From NCBI GenBank assembly GCA_964106915.2, contig OZ066914.1: a stretch of DNA of 64,000 bases. One strand, 5' to 3'. The notes beneath the pieces were generated by a model that made no database searches, was not told the origin of the DNA, and worked only from the letters and a program-made list of their open reading frames with translations. The translations under genes and the position numbers were made by a program. Position 1 is the stretch's first letter; each line of letters begins with the position of its first letter. Positions 1 through 14,365 of this stretch are shown one piece after another. This DNA is from Podarcis gaigeae (lineage: Eukaryota).

Positions 1-147
1 CACTTAGGGGTGCTTTTGAACTGCTAGGTGGGCAGGAGCTGGGACTGAAAGACGGGAGCTCACCCTGCCGCGGGGATTCGAACCACCGACCATACGATCG
101 GCAAGTCCTAGGCACTGAGGTTTTACCCACAGCGCGACCCACGTCCC
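1..147 (-). mobile_element. Sauria SINE (5' part, cut by window edge)
   Basis: Matches tRNA-related head of the other copies. Confidence 0.85.
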
Positions 148-567
148 TCTTTTGCATATATATATATGCAAAATCGCTGTTTTTGGGGGGAGGTTTTTGA
201 GCTATTTTAGGACAAAAACGACACTGCCGACATGGGTTGCCAAACATATGGATTTTCCAGGACACTGTTTCTGACGGCCAATTACTGGCTATGTCCAGGA
301 AATTCCAGACATATGGCAACCCTAGGTGTAGAGATTTAAAAGGCCTGCAGACAAATGGGAAAAATTATAATTTATTTAGGAGACCACTGTAAGCAGATGA
401 AAACATTAGCAGGATTATTAGAACACTTGTAGTGTAACAAACATGATGGATAATATGGATAGATATAAAACATAGATTATGATACAATATCATAATTGAA
501 AACGTTGACATTAGGACCCACTGAGGGGATGGGGGGAGAAGCCATGGGATTCAGAGAAATCTCTGTA

Positions 568-809
568 CAGTGGTACCTCGGGTTACATATGCTTCAGGTT
601 ACATACGCTTCAGGTTACAGACTCCGCTAACCCAGAAATAGTGCTTCAGGTTAAGAACTTTGCTTCAGGTTGAGAACAGAAATCGTGCTCCGGCGGCGCG
701 GCAGCAGCAGGAGGCCCCATTAGCTAAAGTGGTGCTTCAGGTTAAAAATGGTTTCAGGTTAAGAACAGACCTCCGGAATGAATTAAGAACTTAACCTGAG
801 GTACCACTG
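568..809. mobile_element. Tigger/pogo-like MITE (AGGTTAAGAA family)
   Basis: CAGTGGTACCTC TIR, TA TSD. Confidence 0.88.
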
Positions 810-1329
810 TAATGAACAGGAAAAAATTTTTTTAAAAAAATTAAAGGCCTGCAGGCAGTGTATCTGCAAAAATGGAAACGTTTCTCCTTAAGCTTGCCAT
901 ATAAGGAAAACACCTTGGTGAGGAGCGCAGGGAGGCAGGGCTCTTTTGTGACTGACAGTTAGGTGGGGCCTGCCCAATACATTTTGGCACCTGAGGTGAC
1001 CCACAAAATGGTACTTCCCCCCACCCCCAGCCAGGAAAAAGGGGGTTAGTGAAGATCTGCATCAGGAACAAGGGGGGAGGAGACTAGCAGTGCCTCCTAT
1101 TGGCCAAGAGTCCACTGCAGAGGCAGCATGGGAGGGGTCAATGTGGCCTCTAAGAGCTCACCGTAGCTGCTGTTGCCACTGTGGGAATAGCAGCAGGCAA
1201 TGCATTCATTGGAGGCCAGAACTGCTGCCCTTGAGGCAGTTGCCTCACTTTGCCTCATGAGTTGTCCAGCCCTGCAGCAAGGGATGAGGGACAACTGGAT
1301 TCTATCAGCACCACCACATCACATAATTA

Positions 1330-2330
1330 TCATCACATCTTCATCCCTTTTTACATAAACAGCCTCAAAACAACTGTAAAAGCACATTATTACCAAAAAT
1401 AAGAACAAAAATAATAACCTAAAATGCATATAATATTTATAAAAAGGGAGTTCCAATCTACACTAGTGAAAGTATGAGAACAAGAGGAGTCACAGATAAC
1501 CCTCCGAATTAAGGGCTTGACAAAATAGAAACATTTTTGCCTGGCACCTAAGAACAGCCATCAATAGCGTTGACATGGGGAGAGCATTGCTTAGGCAGGG
1601 AGCCACCCACATTTCGTCATCTCGTATCATCCTCCTCCACGTGGGAGTAGGCACGTGGAAAAGGGCCTCGGATTATGGATGCAAGTTATGTCTTGGTTCA
1701 TGTGAAGAGAGGCAGTCCTTCTGAAATTGGGATCCTGAGCCACAAGAGGCTTTATCAGTCAAAGCCAGCCCTTTCAACTGAGCCCATAACATGATTGGTT
1801 GCCAGTGTGGTAGCACTAAAATTGGTGTTATATGTTCAGACTGTCTTGCCTCAGTCTGCTGTCTCTCAGCTAAATTCTGCACCAGCTACAATTTGTGATC
1901 CGTTTTCAAAGGCAGCTTCATGTATAACAGGTTGTATTAATCTAAACTAGAGGCTACAAGAGCACGGTCAACAGATGTCTAGATGCAGGCATGGCTGGGT
2001 CACCATCCAAAGCTTACAGAAGCTACTGTATGCCACTGAAGCCACCTGTGCCTCAAGTGACAGTAATGGATCCTAGACGTAACCCCAAGCTAGGTACCTG
2101 CTCCTTCACAGGGAGAGTAACCCTACCCAGAGCAGTCCAAGCCTTACCCATCCAGTCTAGCAAACCACCCATTATTGGCACCTCACTCTTACCTTGAGGA
2201 AGCTTCAGTCAATTGGCTCTCATCCAGTCCATTGCCAGTTAATGATCCAGAACATCCACTGCCACACCTGCAGTTTAAAAGAGAATCAGACTTGTGCATC
2301 ATAAGTATATTGCTGACAGCACATTTTATC
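1330..2330 (-). mobile_element. Degenerate L2 LINE 3' portion
   Basis: Reverse-strand LHWQP, TSSLD and L2-like 3' end. Confidence 0.55.
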
Positions 2331-2932
2331 CTTCGAAAGTCATCCTTCAAAATTCACAGTTTTCCATATTCTGCAATGCAATGCTCCAGTGAGGTAATTT
2401 GTTGAAAGGCACTATTGTTAACTTATTGTTATTTTCAAAGGTCAGAATGTTGGAGTGTGCTGTCAACAAAATGCATATACTAAGATAAAGTGTGCATAAA
2501 ATCAACATGTTGGTGAAAAATTACAAAAATGCATTATATAAGAGAAAGTTGAAATAATTTTGAATTTTCATGAGGACTTAAAAAAAAATGACAAACTGGT
2601 GTGGAAGGGTGGAGAACCAAATTTACGTCTGGGGAAAAAAGAAGCTGAAAAACGCCAAAATTGAGAATGGCATTACCAGAAATCCTATCAGAGTGCTTTG
2701 GGCAAGGGATGTGGAAGGAATGCATTCTATGTTCTATGAGTGGTGCTAGCTTGGAAGATGCTGGATGTTCGTCCTTTTGCCTCTGCCATCTCCCCACACA
2801 TTGACACCTGCCAAATCAGCTTTCAGCTTAGCTCCCCCTCTGACTTTTGGTGACAAATAGAGCAGAATGCCTAGGGCAAAATTTCTGCATCAATCCTGAA
2901 ATTTGGCATGTTCCTTACATAGGGGCTCCTCT

Positions 2933-3099
2933 CATGGGCATAGCCAGGATTTTTGTTGGGGACAGGCAGGACTTTTGTTGTGGGGGGGAGCACCAACATG
3001 ATTGGTCAGTTAGTTAAGTATTTCTATTGTTTACTTGATCGGGGGGGCTGCCCCCCTCTGCCCTGCCCCCCTCTGCCCTCCTCCTTGGCTGCGCCAATG
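2933..3099. mobile_element. hAT-Tip100-like MITE
   Basis: CATGGGCATAGCCA...TGGCTGCGCCAATG imperfect TIR. Confidence 0.55.
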
Positions 3100-3214
3100 G
3101 CGCCTTTCTATCTATTTGCAAACAAATCGCTCACAAAACGATAGTGAAGACTAAATTTATCCTTTTTCAATCGCCCCAAATTGAAAAAGCTGCCTTTGCT
3201 GGGAAACCACTGTA

Positions 3215-3399
3215 CAGTGGTACCTCGGGTTACATACGCTTCAGGTTACAGACTCCGCTAACCCAGAAATAGTACCTCGGGTTAAGAACTTTGCTTCAGG
3301 ACGAGAACAGAAATCGTGCGGCAGCAGCGGGAGGCCCCATTAGCTAAAGTGGTGCTTCAGGTTAAGAATGAATTAAGTATGTAACCAGAGGTACCACTG
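3215..3399. mobile_element. Tigger/pogo-like MITE (same family)
   Basis: TIRs; homologous to 568-809. Confidence 0.85.
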
Positions 3400-3504
3400 C
3401 AGCTATCTCTTGAGATTTGGTAGGATTCTAATTCTACTCCCCCAAAAATGTTGTTGCTTTTTAAAGTTATAGATAGTTCCTTAAATTCTTTTTTCAGGTA
3501 CCCA

Positions 3505-3507
<3 letters not shown>

Positions 3508-3541
<34 letters not shown>

Positions 3542-3543
3542 AC
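3508..3543. repeat. (CA)n microsatellite
   Basis: Direct reading. Confidence 0.95.
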
Positions 3544-6500
3544 TTGGATTTGGAACAAAGGCAAAGCAGCCCAGTCCCAAATCAGGCTATTTTCCAAGAC
3601 GCTGGATTAGCATCAAGCCAAAACATGTGGTTGGTGAACATCCCTAGTAAAAACCTTCCTTTTAAAGAAAGCTTTTGGTTTGTAGATGATTGTAATACAG
3701 TATTGCATTGGTTTTAACACTTGGCAATTTTGTGAGGAAAGGCAGGATACAATAGTTTTAATTTTGTTCCTTTCTCATTATTGGTTCTTTTTCCTACTCC
3801 ATCCAAAGTATTTAGATATTTTAGACCTGTTTTGGGCAACCTGCTTGCAAGACCAGGTTGCCAGTGTTTCAAAAGTTTGCCGTTAAAATGCTTGTTATTT
3901 TAAAATGAATTCTGGCAGCTACTGATGAAACCATGGGGGGAGGAATCGCACAGAATGACAACTACTCCACTTGTCTTGATCTGCATAGTAATCTCCCTGT
4001 TTAAAAAATGTGGGCATTAATTGCTAACTAGAATAAACTTCTGATCTGCATAAACCCTCACAGAAGCCTTGCACAGAGATGCACTGTTTATATCAGTGAT
4101 AGTAAATCTCCTGTGTGCCTAATGAGGTCCACAAGGCTGTTTTGAGCAAACCACAACTACCCTTCTCACATGCGATATCATATGATGTCAGACATGGGAA
4201 AATTTGGATTGGGAAAGTTCAAAAAAGAAATCAAGCTATGGCAGCAAAGGAAGATATGGAAGTGCACTTGCGTTCTTCTTTTGCAGCCCTAGCTTGAATT
4301 TTAAAAGTATCAGATTCAAGCCAAGGCTGCAAGAATCAGGATCCTCTCCTACCCAACACGTACAGAATGGATTGCAGAATTCATTTCCAATGGTGAAACC
4401 TCTGTCGGAGCTGAATTCTGCTCTCTCTGCCAACACATTTCAGATATAATGAGAACATTGAATGCCCAGTGGAATTACATCACTTTTGGATGGACATACT
4501 TTTTAGCCTTACGTGTCTTATCCTACCCCCAGACAAGGAAAGCTCACATTGGCAGTCTTTATTGACAAAGAAGCACTTACAGCAGCTCCCACAGTGCTCC
4601 AGGGACACACAATCTTCTAGCATCTAGGCAGCTGTCCTCAGATTTGTGCCTTGTGGAACAGTTGAAGCAACAGAGGGACCCCCCCACACACACACACCAG
4701 CAGCAGCTTATGAATCCTCATCTGTTGGGGCATGTGCTCAACCTGAGGCGCCACTTACACAGAAGCCATTGCTGCTTTTCCCTCCTCAAGCCTTTCCTGG
4801 CTCTAGGAGACAGCAGGGTGGGAGATCATGGCAGGGAATCTACTGGCCCTGGCTCAGTCTCTTTCTCCTCCGCCACATCCCGTGCACCTCCCTCTGTCTA
4901 GGACTGCCCTGCCCCTTCCTCCTCCTGCTGCCCTGGCTCCTGCCTCGCAGGCAGCACCAAACACTTTAAATCACTGGCCTCTCTCTCCATAGGCACAAAG
5001 ATAATAAACCACCAGCCTAATCACAAGAGATTAGTGTGGTGAGTTTTGCTGTTGCTGGATGTTTTCTGGTATGTTTTTCATGCTTGAACATGTTAATGTT
5101 TCTGTCCAGCAACTTTTCCCAACAAACAATTTGTATGGAGCACACAGAGATTATTATATTCTTGAACCAGCTGTTGCACCCAAGATGGTAAAGAAATGGT
5201 AAGAAAGGCAAAACGATTGCAAGAGGTTTGTCATGCCTGGAGCTGCAGATGGGTGACACAGAAACAAACTTGCTGAGAAAAGTGCTGCCCACAAACCTAG
5301 TACTGTAATTGCAACATACCTTTTTGCATAATGTCCCTGAGAACTAAGTGGGAGCTGACAGAGGCTCATGTACTATGGTTAGATAACAAGGATATGTAAG
5401 AAGGCAAGAACAGTCTAGCAGCATTAATTTGACTGTGCCCTTTCTCATTAATTGGGAAAAAAAACTTTCAGACAAAAGTTGCCAAAATTGTTGTTGTTCT
5501 TTACTGATGGTGCAGAAGGGATAGGAGTTGAAATATGTTGTAGCATAAACATACAAGAGGAGTTGGTAACAATGGGGCTCACAGAGAAGAATCAGATGTA
5601 ATAATTTCTCCACCTAAGAAAGTGTTGTAGCCTAAAGGTCTGCCATCAAAATCTTGACCATTTCAGTTTTCGCTATTTTTTATATTTGCCAAAGTAAACA
5701 CAAGATATTCAAATGTGATGCTATCCAGCTATTAACTCTGGTGTGCAATGCATATGTGCTATAGTGCCTGTCAGCATTCAAATGTGAATTTTGACAATAC
5801 CAATGGTGTATTTTTGAATGTCAGCATCTGCAGGGCATCACTGCTTTGAGACAGTCACCTAAATATCAGCATTCACCGGATCCTTAGCCAGGTGTTTGCT
5901 TGAGAACACTGGTTGGCCACAGTGAGAAGAGGATGCTGTATTAGATGGGCCATTGGCCTGACCCAACAGGCTATTCTTATGTTCATGTGGAGAGAGGAAC
6001 TGAACAGTGCACACTAACCTCACTTCCAGTGCCCACATCCCCACCAGCTACATCCTCACCAAGTGCTGGGAACATTTAGAGTCCTTCCCACCAGTGGAAT
6101 CTGCTCCATTGGGGGCAATGAGGAATTGCCCTGCAAGCCTCAGTCTGTTTTCAGCCATCCTCTATCTGCCTTCCAACCGGTCCAGAAGGTGGCACTTGCG
6201 GTCACCTTCCTCCTACTTAGTCTCCAGGTTCCCTTTGTAGAACTCGGCCCAGAGGGGGGTAGGTATGAAATGAGCTGCCTCTGTCTGCCATTGACTCTGG
6301 CTCCATCAACTGATAGCTGCCCTGCGTGCTGTCCTGCTAATCCTGTGAGCCCTGGTCACAAAAGGTTCCCAATTGCAGGGAGAATTCTAAGTGCACTCGG
6401 CAGAAGGATTCCCCTACAGGTCTGTGGATAGACCTGTCAAGGAGGGACCCCGGTTGGTGTGTGTGTGTGACATGGGTACAACCCATGTGAGGCAATAATG

Positions 6501-7237
6501 TCTGAATGGGGCTTCGGCATATCAGAAAAGTGGGGTGATGTCTCTATTTTCAGGGATTCACAAAAATAATCCAGGATTGTCAGTATCTCCATGTAAATCT
6601 CCACATCCTCACAACTAGTTCTTGAATGTGTTAAGGTTAAACGGCAAGAAACAGTTGGCCTTTAAGAGCAATTGTTGTGGTTACTATTATACCCCTGGAA
6701 GCTACAAAACGGGCATTATCCCGCCTCGCATTTCAAAGTACTTGCTGAAGGTGAGGGAGCAGCAACAAGGAAGGCTGCATCTGTGATGTGGAAGTCATAA
6801 ATGTCTACAAAGGCTTGGGCATTCCCACTGGTTTGTGGCATGCCTGGAGAAGGTAGGGATCATGGCTAGCTCCACCGCTGGCTGTAGGTATGGGAGAAGC
6901 AATACATTATGGGAGAAGCAATTGCCTAATAGGCTCAGGTTATATATAAACCCTATATCATAAAGACACCACTGTCTCCAGCGCACCTCATTCCAAGGAA
7001 AACAAACCCCGGGTAAGTGCCTGGATGCCCTAGAATCTTGCACTTCTCCCAATCTGGGGTGGTGTTCAACCTTATGAATTCATATATTGCAACATACAGG
7101 GATAGAGACAGTGGCAGAGCGCTGGTATTGCATAGGATCATTTGAATATAATGTATCAGTAGTAACTTAAATTGATGATTGAACTGAAAGAGTAAAAGCA
7201 ATAGTTCAAGTTACTGCAGTAGTTCATGACAATAACA

Positions 7238-7443
7238 CAGAGTTTTCCAAACTTTTCAAGTTGGTGACCACTTTTTAGACATGCATCATTTCACAATACA
7301 GTAATTCAGTTTTATTAGCAAGGAGGTTAAACTAACCCCCTTCCAGCCCTGGGAGGAGAACGGGGAGTGTTCATGAGACACACCAACACCCTGCAGCCAA
7401 CAGACACACTAACATGTTGTGACACACAGTTTGGAAAGCTCTG
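7238..7443. mobile_element. hAT-like MITE
   Basis: CAGAGTTTTCCAAAC...GTTTGGAAAGCTCTG TIR; TSD not clear. Confidence 0.6.
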
Positions 7444-9671
7444 ATGTAATGCTTCAGTTTTATACTGTGGTTTTATTGATCATGCATGTTGACTTTGATA
7501 TGAGCCACGCTGGGTTAGTTTTACTTTGAAGGGTGGCATATACATTGTTTAAAAAGTATATACAAATAAGTTAGCGGTAAATAAATATGGTGAAAATTCA
7601 TGCATCTTACATAAATACATTATCTTCAGAAATCAGTTCACATACAATCCTTTTACTAAGAGGGAAAACAACCTCCCAGCCCTACAAATCTTGCAATTAA
7701 AATTTGCTGTCTAAATGTACAGATGTTTCTGAACCTGGGTGAAATCTACCACATCATCAGGTTCAGAAGTTGGAACTTTTTTCTCAAAAGCTTTTCCACT
7801 CCTGGTTTGTTCAGTTTTAGCATGGCTTGACATCCCTCTTTGATTTCTTCTTATTGGTTCCTCCCCCCACCTTGTTGTTGTTTAGTATTCTAATTCATTT
7901 TAAATGGTTTGGTGTGTTTGATGTGGATGCCAACGTGTCTCTCTTGTTGTCAATCAGCTTGGGTGAAGGTTTTCTGTAGAAATGAAACTATCAAATTTAA
8001 ATAAAATAGTTACCATTGTTGAGTTCAGCTGCAGGCTGGGCAGAGTGAGGGGGTCTGGATCTGCATCCCTCTTCTGATTGTTCAAAAGACTTTCACTAAA
8101 CAGCTAATAAGTCTCGTTTAATTTCTGTGTTTATACTTTTGGCTTCAGCTATTATTTTGGGTGTCTGTGTGATATGAAACTAGTAAAAGAAGAAAGAATG
8201 TAAAGGCAGGGAAAATCTTGTCCCCAGGGCACAACTCCTTGCCCATTCAGAAAGATTGGAAGCGTGTGGGAGGCAGGGTTAGCAAGTACAGCAAAGTTTT
8301 GAAAATTTGTGCTCTGTGGCATATTAGGAAAGTTACTTTCTTGCTTTTCTGATCAAACAGACACACTGTGTACAGTATGCACAAGTAGAGAAAGTAGAGA
8401 AAGTACCTCATCAGCAGGTTTTTGACATGCCAGGTATCAATGCACTTGATGAATTTCACCCATTAGAGCTGAATTCATTAAACATGCATCATTATTCACC
8501 AAAAGTTGACAAAGCTGGCGACATTACTAAGAGGTTACCATATTATTTTAGGGACCATGTGTGATCATGCTCCAAGAATATGAAGTAGGCATGTTTGAAT
8601 GAATTCCTGCCCAAAGGGATTAAATAAAAATACTAACTGCATGCCTAAGCTAGTTGCGACAACTTGGGAAACTGAAAAAGTGAAGTGCAACTGGCCCCAT
8701 CTCCCAACAGTGCTGAGAGGTTAACTGGGGTTTGGTGGAAACCCCCAAGGACTAGCACAGGGAGGCGGGGCAGCCCAACCAGCTGGGGAGTCCCACATGG
8801 CCTGAGGTGCTGTGCGCGGTCCCACAAAGGGCACCCACCAATGAAGGTGTGAGCGCTCATTATGTCATTCGAATTATAGGTTTATATAGGGGTTTTGTTT
8901 TTGTTTTGCATTGGCATACACCACATAGGTGAAGCCTGCTCCTTCGCTAAAAATATGTTTAAAGTGTAAAAGCATTCTGGAAGACTACCACCTTCATCCA
9001 GTAAGAGATCTGTGCACAATGCCGGTATGATTGTTGGTGTACACCAAGATGTCACAACTCCTCCTGCATTGAGGTAGTCACCCAAACCAGACTGAATTGG
9101 CTGGGTGGTCTTTTGATGTGGCTGTGGGTGCACATCCACCTCTGGGGGTTATCAGTTGTTGCACAGGACTAGTCGTCTGTCATTATAGCTGGATTAGGTC
9201 CATATGTGTACTTCGGAAATCTGCAGCCTACAGTATATTTCAAATGAACAGCCCAGTCCCATGTAGCCTACTAAGTAAACCCACTAAGTTAGTCCAATAG
9301 GACTCCTCCACCACCTGTAAAGCTGCTACACATCAGTAGACCTTAAAAATACTAAAATACTTTTTTTGTTCTATACACATTCAAATTATGCTTCCTTATG
9401 TGGCTATGGCTATATAAAAGAGCACAATTTCACATTTTCTTTGTAAAAAAATCCCCACGCCCCATTGCCTTCTCTTGCTTCAGAAACAACTAAAATTGAT
9501 TCTCACACTTTGATCCTAGATACACGTAGGTGAAATGCCACAATGCAGATATTATTATTATTTAAATTGATCCATCGCCTACTACATAGCAGCTTCTCGT
9601 GGTACAGAGAACCTAATATCAGGCTGGACCTGTAAGATTGGGATTGGATCACACCATCTGCTATTTTAGGG

Positions 9672-10161
9672 TGTCAGGCTTCAGGGAACCCAATCCCTCC
9701 CCCAGTGGCAGCCAGTAAACAGAGAAACAAGAGGAGTTCTTACCAAGTAATTTATTCCATAGTTCACAGAGAGAGTCAAAGGAATGCATCCTCCCTAAAA
9801 GAATGGCGTTGCTCCGAATAAAGTCCAACCCCCTTCATCCCTCCTATTCTACGTCACCCTTGTGACTGCTAATCTGATCTTTCTGCCTCTGAGCCTTCTG
9901 TTCTCCTATCCTCAATGCCCGCCTGGTCCTGGGAGGGGGTGGTCAGGAATGCTCTTGAAAGACACTGAGTCTGTCAGCTGTCTCTCCTCTGGTGCTTCTC
10001 CTTCCTGCTGTTCCTCTCCCAATATTTCTCAGCTTTCCCCCTCTGCAGCTTCTGAACTATGTCCTTCTGCAAGCCACTGTTCTAAATTCTCCTGTTCTCG
10101 GGAAGGTTCAGGAGAAGGGAGGGGTGGCTCCCACCATTCCTCCTCAGTCTAGCCCCTGACA
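9672..10161 (-). mobile_element. Possible solo LTR
   Basis: TGTCAGG...CCTGACA inverted termini, about 490 bp, reverse-strand AATAAA; TSD imperfect. Confidence 0.5.
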
Positions 10162-11466
10162 TCAGGATTCTCCTGCCCCCACCAGCCAATTTTGAGAGGC
10201 AATGGGAGATTGGGGGGGGAGCCCCATTGCGCAAGCAGAAGCCCTAAGGCCCGTTAGGTGAATCCCAATCCAAGTTCCTATAGCCAAAGCACATTCCAAA
10301 ACCTTCTTAGGATTTAGATTCCATACACACCCTCACATGTCAAGAGAAGAAACAAGGATACTCACAACTCAGCTGGGTGTGGAAAGCAACCCATTGAAAT
10401 GCATGTCACATGAGCAGATGGTGGATTAAGAAGGTGTGATGGTTTGGTGGAGTTTGTGGTAGGACACACAGAAAGGAATGCATATTGAGGTGGGAAGAGA
10501 TACACCCTGTCCAGCATCCACCCTGTCCAGCACTTTTTCACAACAGCCAACATCCTTTCCAGCTTCAGGCAGCATCATTAAAATACTGTATTAATATCAT
10601 TCAGATGCCGAGACAGTGTGCTCATTTTCTCAGGTTGTTTAATTATTTCATTTTCTTCCTTGCATCATTTCTTAAACCTGCTATTCCTGTTATGGATGGG
10701 TATTTTAAAAAACAAAAACCTTGTTTCGTTTTTGTATTTTTAAAATATTGTTTTATTTATGTGTTTGTTCCTGTTCTGGGAGTTCTTGGGAACTGCCCTT
10801 CCATGCACAAGCAAATCCAACTGGAATACAGGCAACAGAGCAGCACCCTCCATCGCACTTAAGGGCAACAGACTAAATACAGATGTGTCTAGGTGGCATA
10901 CACAGTTCTGTCCTACGACAGAGGGGAATGGCTTGGGGGCTCAGAAGAAATAGCTGAAGGGGTGTGTGTAGCCATTGCTCCCCCTCCCGAGCACCTGCCT
11001 CCTAAGGCAGTTGCCTCACTCTGCCTAACGTTAGGGCCAGCCATACTGCAGTCTCATTCATCACTGGCTCCAGTAAGCAGCCCCCAACAACAGGTTCCTC
11101 ACCTCTTAGAAAACTGGAAAAATTTCTCTGAACTGTACATTATTGACTTCATTCTCATTTTCAGTGACTGGGGTTCCTTTATACCAGCAAGCCTCAAAGT
11201 ATAAAGTTATGCCCAGAACAAAAACCATTTCCTCTTGTCAAAAGCAAAGAGTTATGCAAGTCTCCACTACAGGGTTGCTATCTCTTTGTACTTTATATAG
11301 ACTGTTCATGTTCTTGTTTGTTTTTTTAAAGAAATCTTTATTGTCATCTTGCTGTGAGAGTATAAGCATAAGTTACACATAGACTTTTCACAATAAAGGA
11401 GTCAACAACAAAACACAATAAATCAGGAAAGGGGGAGGAAGAAACTAGGACATAACAAACATTACA

Positions 11467-12950
11467 AAATTTATCTGACAAGGGGGAAAACCAAGAATAA
11501 AATTTAAAATACTTACAAATGTTAAAGAAAGAGGAGGTTTCTCCCTACCAGATTTGAAATTGTATTATAAAGCGTCTTGCCTATGTTGGTTAAGGAATTG
11601 GATATTGTTAAAAAATACAAATCTACTAAACCTGGAAGGATATGACAACAGATATGGGTGGCATGCTTATTTATGGTACGAGAAGGCAAAAGTTCATAAA
11701 GGTTTTCTGAACCACATAATTCGAAAATCAATCTATGAGGTGTGGTCTCGATATAAGAGTTTATTAGAACGTAAAACACCATAGTGGCTGTCACCTTAGA
11801 GGCAAAAACTATTAAAAAGGTAAATATGGAATCAAAATGGGCCACCTATGGAGACTTGGTGATAAGAGGTGGACAACCAGTGGAAATTGAAACCATATGA
11901 GGGAATAAAAGAGTTGGTAAATGATTGGTTACATTATCATCACATAAATGAAGTATTTAAAGAAGCTAAAAGAAAAATGTATTTGAATTACCGGTAATAA
12001 GATCCAGGTTTGAAATAGATCTATTAAGCAACAAGGTTAAAATATTGTCAAAAATGTATAAGTTACTTTTGGAATGGCATATGAAAGAGGAAGAAGTAAA
12101 ATTTGTAATGATACATTGGGCAAAATATGTTGGTTATAATATACAGTTAGAAGATTGGGTAAGATGATGGAAAGATGGAATAAATTTTACTTCATGCAGT
12201 TCGCTTAAAGAAAATATAATGAAAATGATGTATAGGTGGTATTTAACACCAGTGAAATTAGCAAAAAATGTATAGAACAAATAATAAATGTTGGAAATGT
12301 AAAGAAAAAGAAGGTACCTTTTACCATATGTGGTGGGTTTGTAAGGAAGTGAAGGTCTTCTGGGAAATGATATATAATGAACTTTTTAAAATGTTGAAAT
12401 ATACATTTACAAAAAAACCCACAAACCTTCCTGCTAGGTATAGTAGGTAGAGAAATACATAAACAGGACAAAACTTTGTTACTATATTCAGCAACTGCAG
12501 TGAGAATGTTACTAGCCTAAAGATGGAAGCAAGAAGATTTACCAAGGAAAGAAGAGTGGCAGATGAAATTATTGAACTATGCCAAATTGGCAAATCTAAC
12601 AGGGAAAATCCGGAACCAGCAGGATCAGACTGAAAGACTGGAACAAATTTGTATTATACTTGAAAGACAATTGTAAACAATTAACATCGCTAGTAGGGTT
12701 ACAAGAAGTTTTGTAAGGTTAAAACTATTAATTATTACTTATTATAGTTAATTTAGTATTTACATAAGATTATGAATTAATAGTAATAAGAAATATAGGA
12801 AATGCAGTATCCAGAGAATAGGTTTGAAAGCCAACAATCGGGGAGGGTCACAGGCTTGACGAGCCAAATGTTTTATTTACTTCCGTATACCATGATGTTA
12901 TATATGGAAATATATGTAAAGACCAATAAAAATTATTATAAAAACAAAAA
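11467..12950 (+). mobile_element. L1-clade LINE 3' fragment (ORF2 C-terminus + 3' UTR + A tail)
   Basis: FI*QGGKPRIK, GGFSLPDLKLYY, CWKCKEKEGTFYHMWWVC (CCHC); stops and frameshifts; AATAAA plus A-rich end. Confidence 0.85.
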
Positions 12951-13889
12951 CAAACATGACCGGTTTTCTATAATTGATTTTTAACCTGACAACCTTAGCA
13001 AACATACTAAGAGCCTGCTGTAGAGGCAGGAGAGCTCTTTTAGGATCACAGAGCATTAAAGGGCAGATCATCTGCAAACAGATTCGTGTTCAGTTTCCTG
13101 AATTTGGGATACATTTAATTTCAGCAGAGGATCTTAAGATTCGTAGCTGAGGCCTCTATTGCCACTGTGAGTAGGAGGGGCAACAGTGGACAGCCTTGCT
13201 TGTGAAAGGAGTGGAGTCGCCCCCATTAATGGTAATGCAAACTTCTGGGGCGAGCAGATTTTGGAGACATCTCCTTGACAGATTTTTTTTGGAGACATTT
13301 AGTGTGAGTTGATAAAGAGTTGCCATTAATTAGGTTTGACTTCCTTCATGTATCTAAAGAAGGTAAATCCAGAGGTGTTCAGATCTTCTACTAGTTGATT
13401 TATATCCTGCTTGTCCATTGATTTGCAGCCTTTATAAATGCAATGGATTCATTAAAATGCTACACGGGGAGTTGGGGTGGAACTAGCTCAGACAGAGCAG
13501 AAACAGAAGCATCTGATTTTATTTTTACCTGCCTGCCTCCCACAATCTCCTTCTAATACTTCGTTTTCTCCCAGTCTACATGAGAATCCACCCTCCCTGT
13601 CCTGCAACAAGTATTTCCTTTCTCTTCATATAATTTCTTCTTAATCATATTGGAAAGGGAATGCAGAGCTAATTTGTAATAAGCAAACCTACTGATATGA
13701 TTGTTCCCTACCCATGTTCAAACTTGAATGTGATACTAATATACTTATTTCACATAAGGATAGCAAGCCTTAATTTAACATAATCAAAACTCTTGTTCTG
13801 TACATCATGGCCTCATGCTCTTTCCTATCGCAATCATTTCTACACATTCCCTTTCCCTAAATTACTCCCAAATGAAATTTCAGGTGTTT

Positions 13890-14175
13890 ACGAAACTGGG
13901 TCAAGCAATCATGTTGATCAAGGAATAGTTAAGTAACAGACAGCAGAGCGTAGGAACAAGTGGGCTGTTCTCTCAAAGGAGAGATATTGAAAGTGGAGTC
14001 TCCAAGAATCATTATTGGGACTTGTGCTTTTTAACTAGAGTTAGAAGTGAGAGTGAGGCAGCCAAGTTTACCGAAGATAGTAAATAGTTTGTGGCAGTTG
14101 AAACAAAAAGGAATTGTGAAGAGCTCTCAAATAACCTTCAAACTAGATGAATGGGCAAATGCAATTCTATGCAAA
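13890..14175 (+). mobile_element. CR1 LINE RT fragment
   Basis: Degenerate SGV.Q.S.LG.VLFN and W..LDEWA. Confidence 0.5.
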
Positions 14176-14365
14176 CAGTGTAAAGTAGGGGTAGGCAACC
14201 TAAGGCCCAGGGGCCGGATGCGGACCAATCGCCTTCTCAATCCAGATGGTCCAGGAATCAGCGTGTTTTTACATGAGTAGAATGTGTCCTTTTATTTAAA
14301 ATGCATCTCTGGGTTATTTGTGGGGCCTGCCTGGTGTTTTTACATGAGTAGAATGTGTGATTTTA

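Noticed and set aside
4236-4320. Minus-strand LGLQKKNASALPY resembling FADS exon 6 ([11 protein letters not shown])
   Set aside because: Similarity is limited to about 20 nt, the acceptor is weak and there are no neighbouring FADS exons; probably chance.
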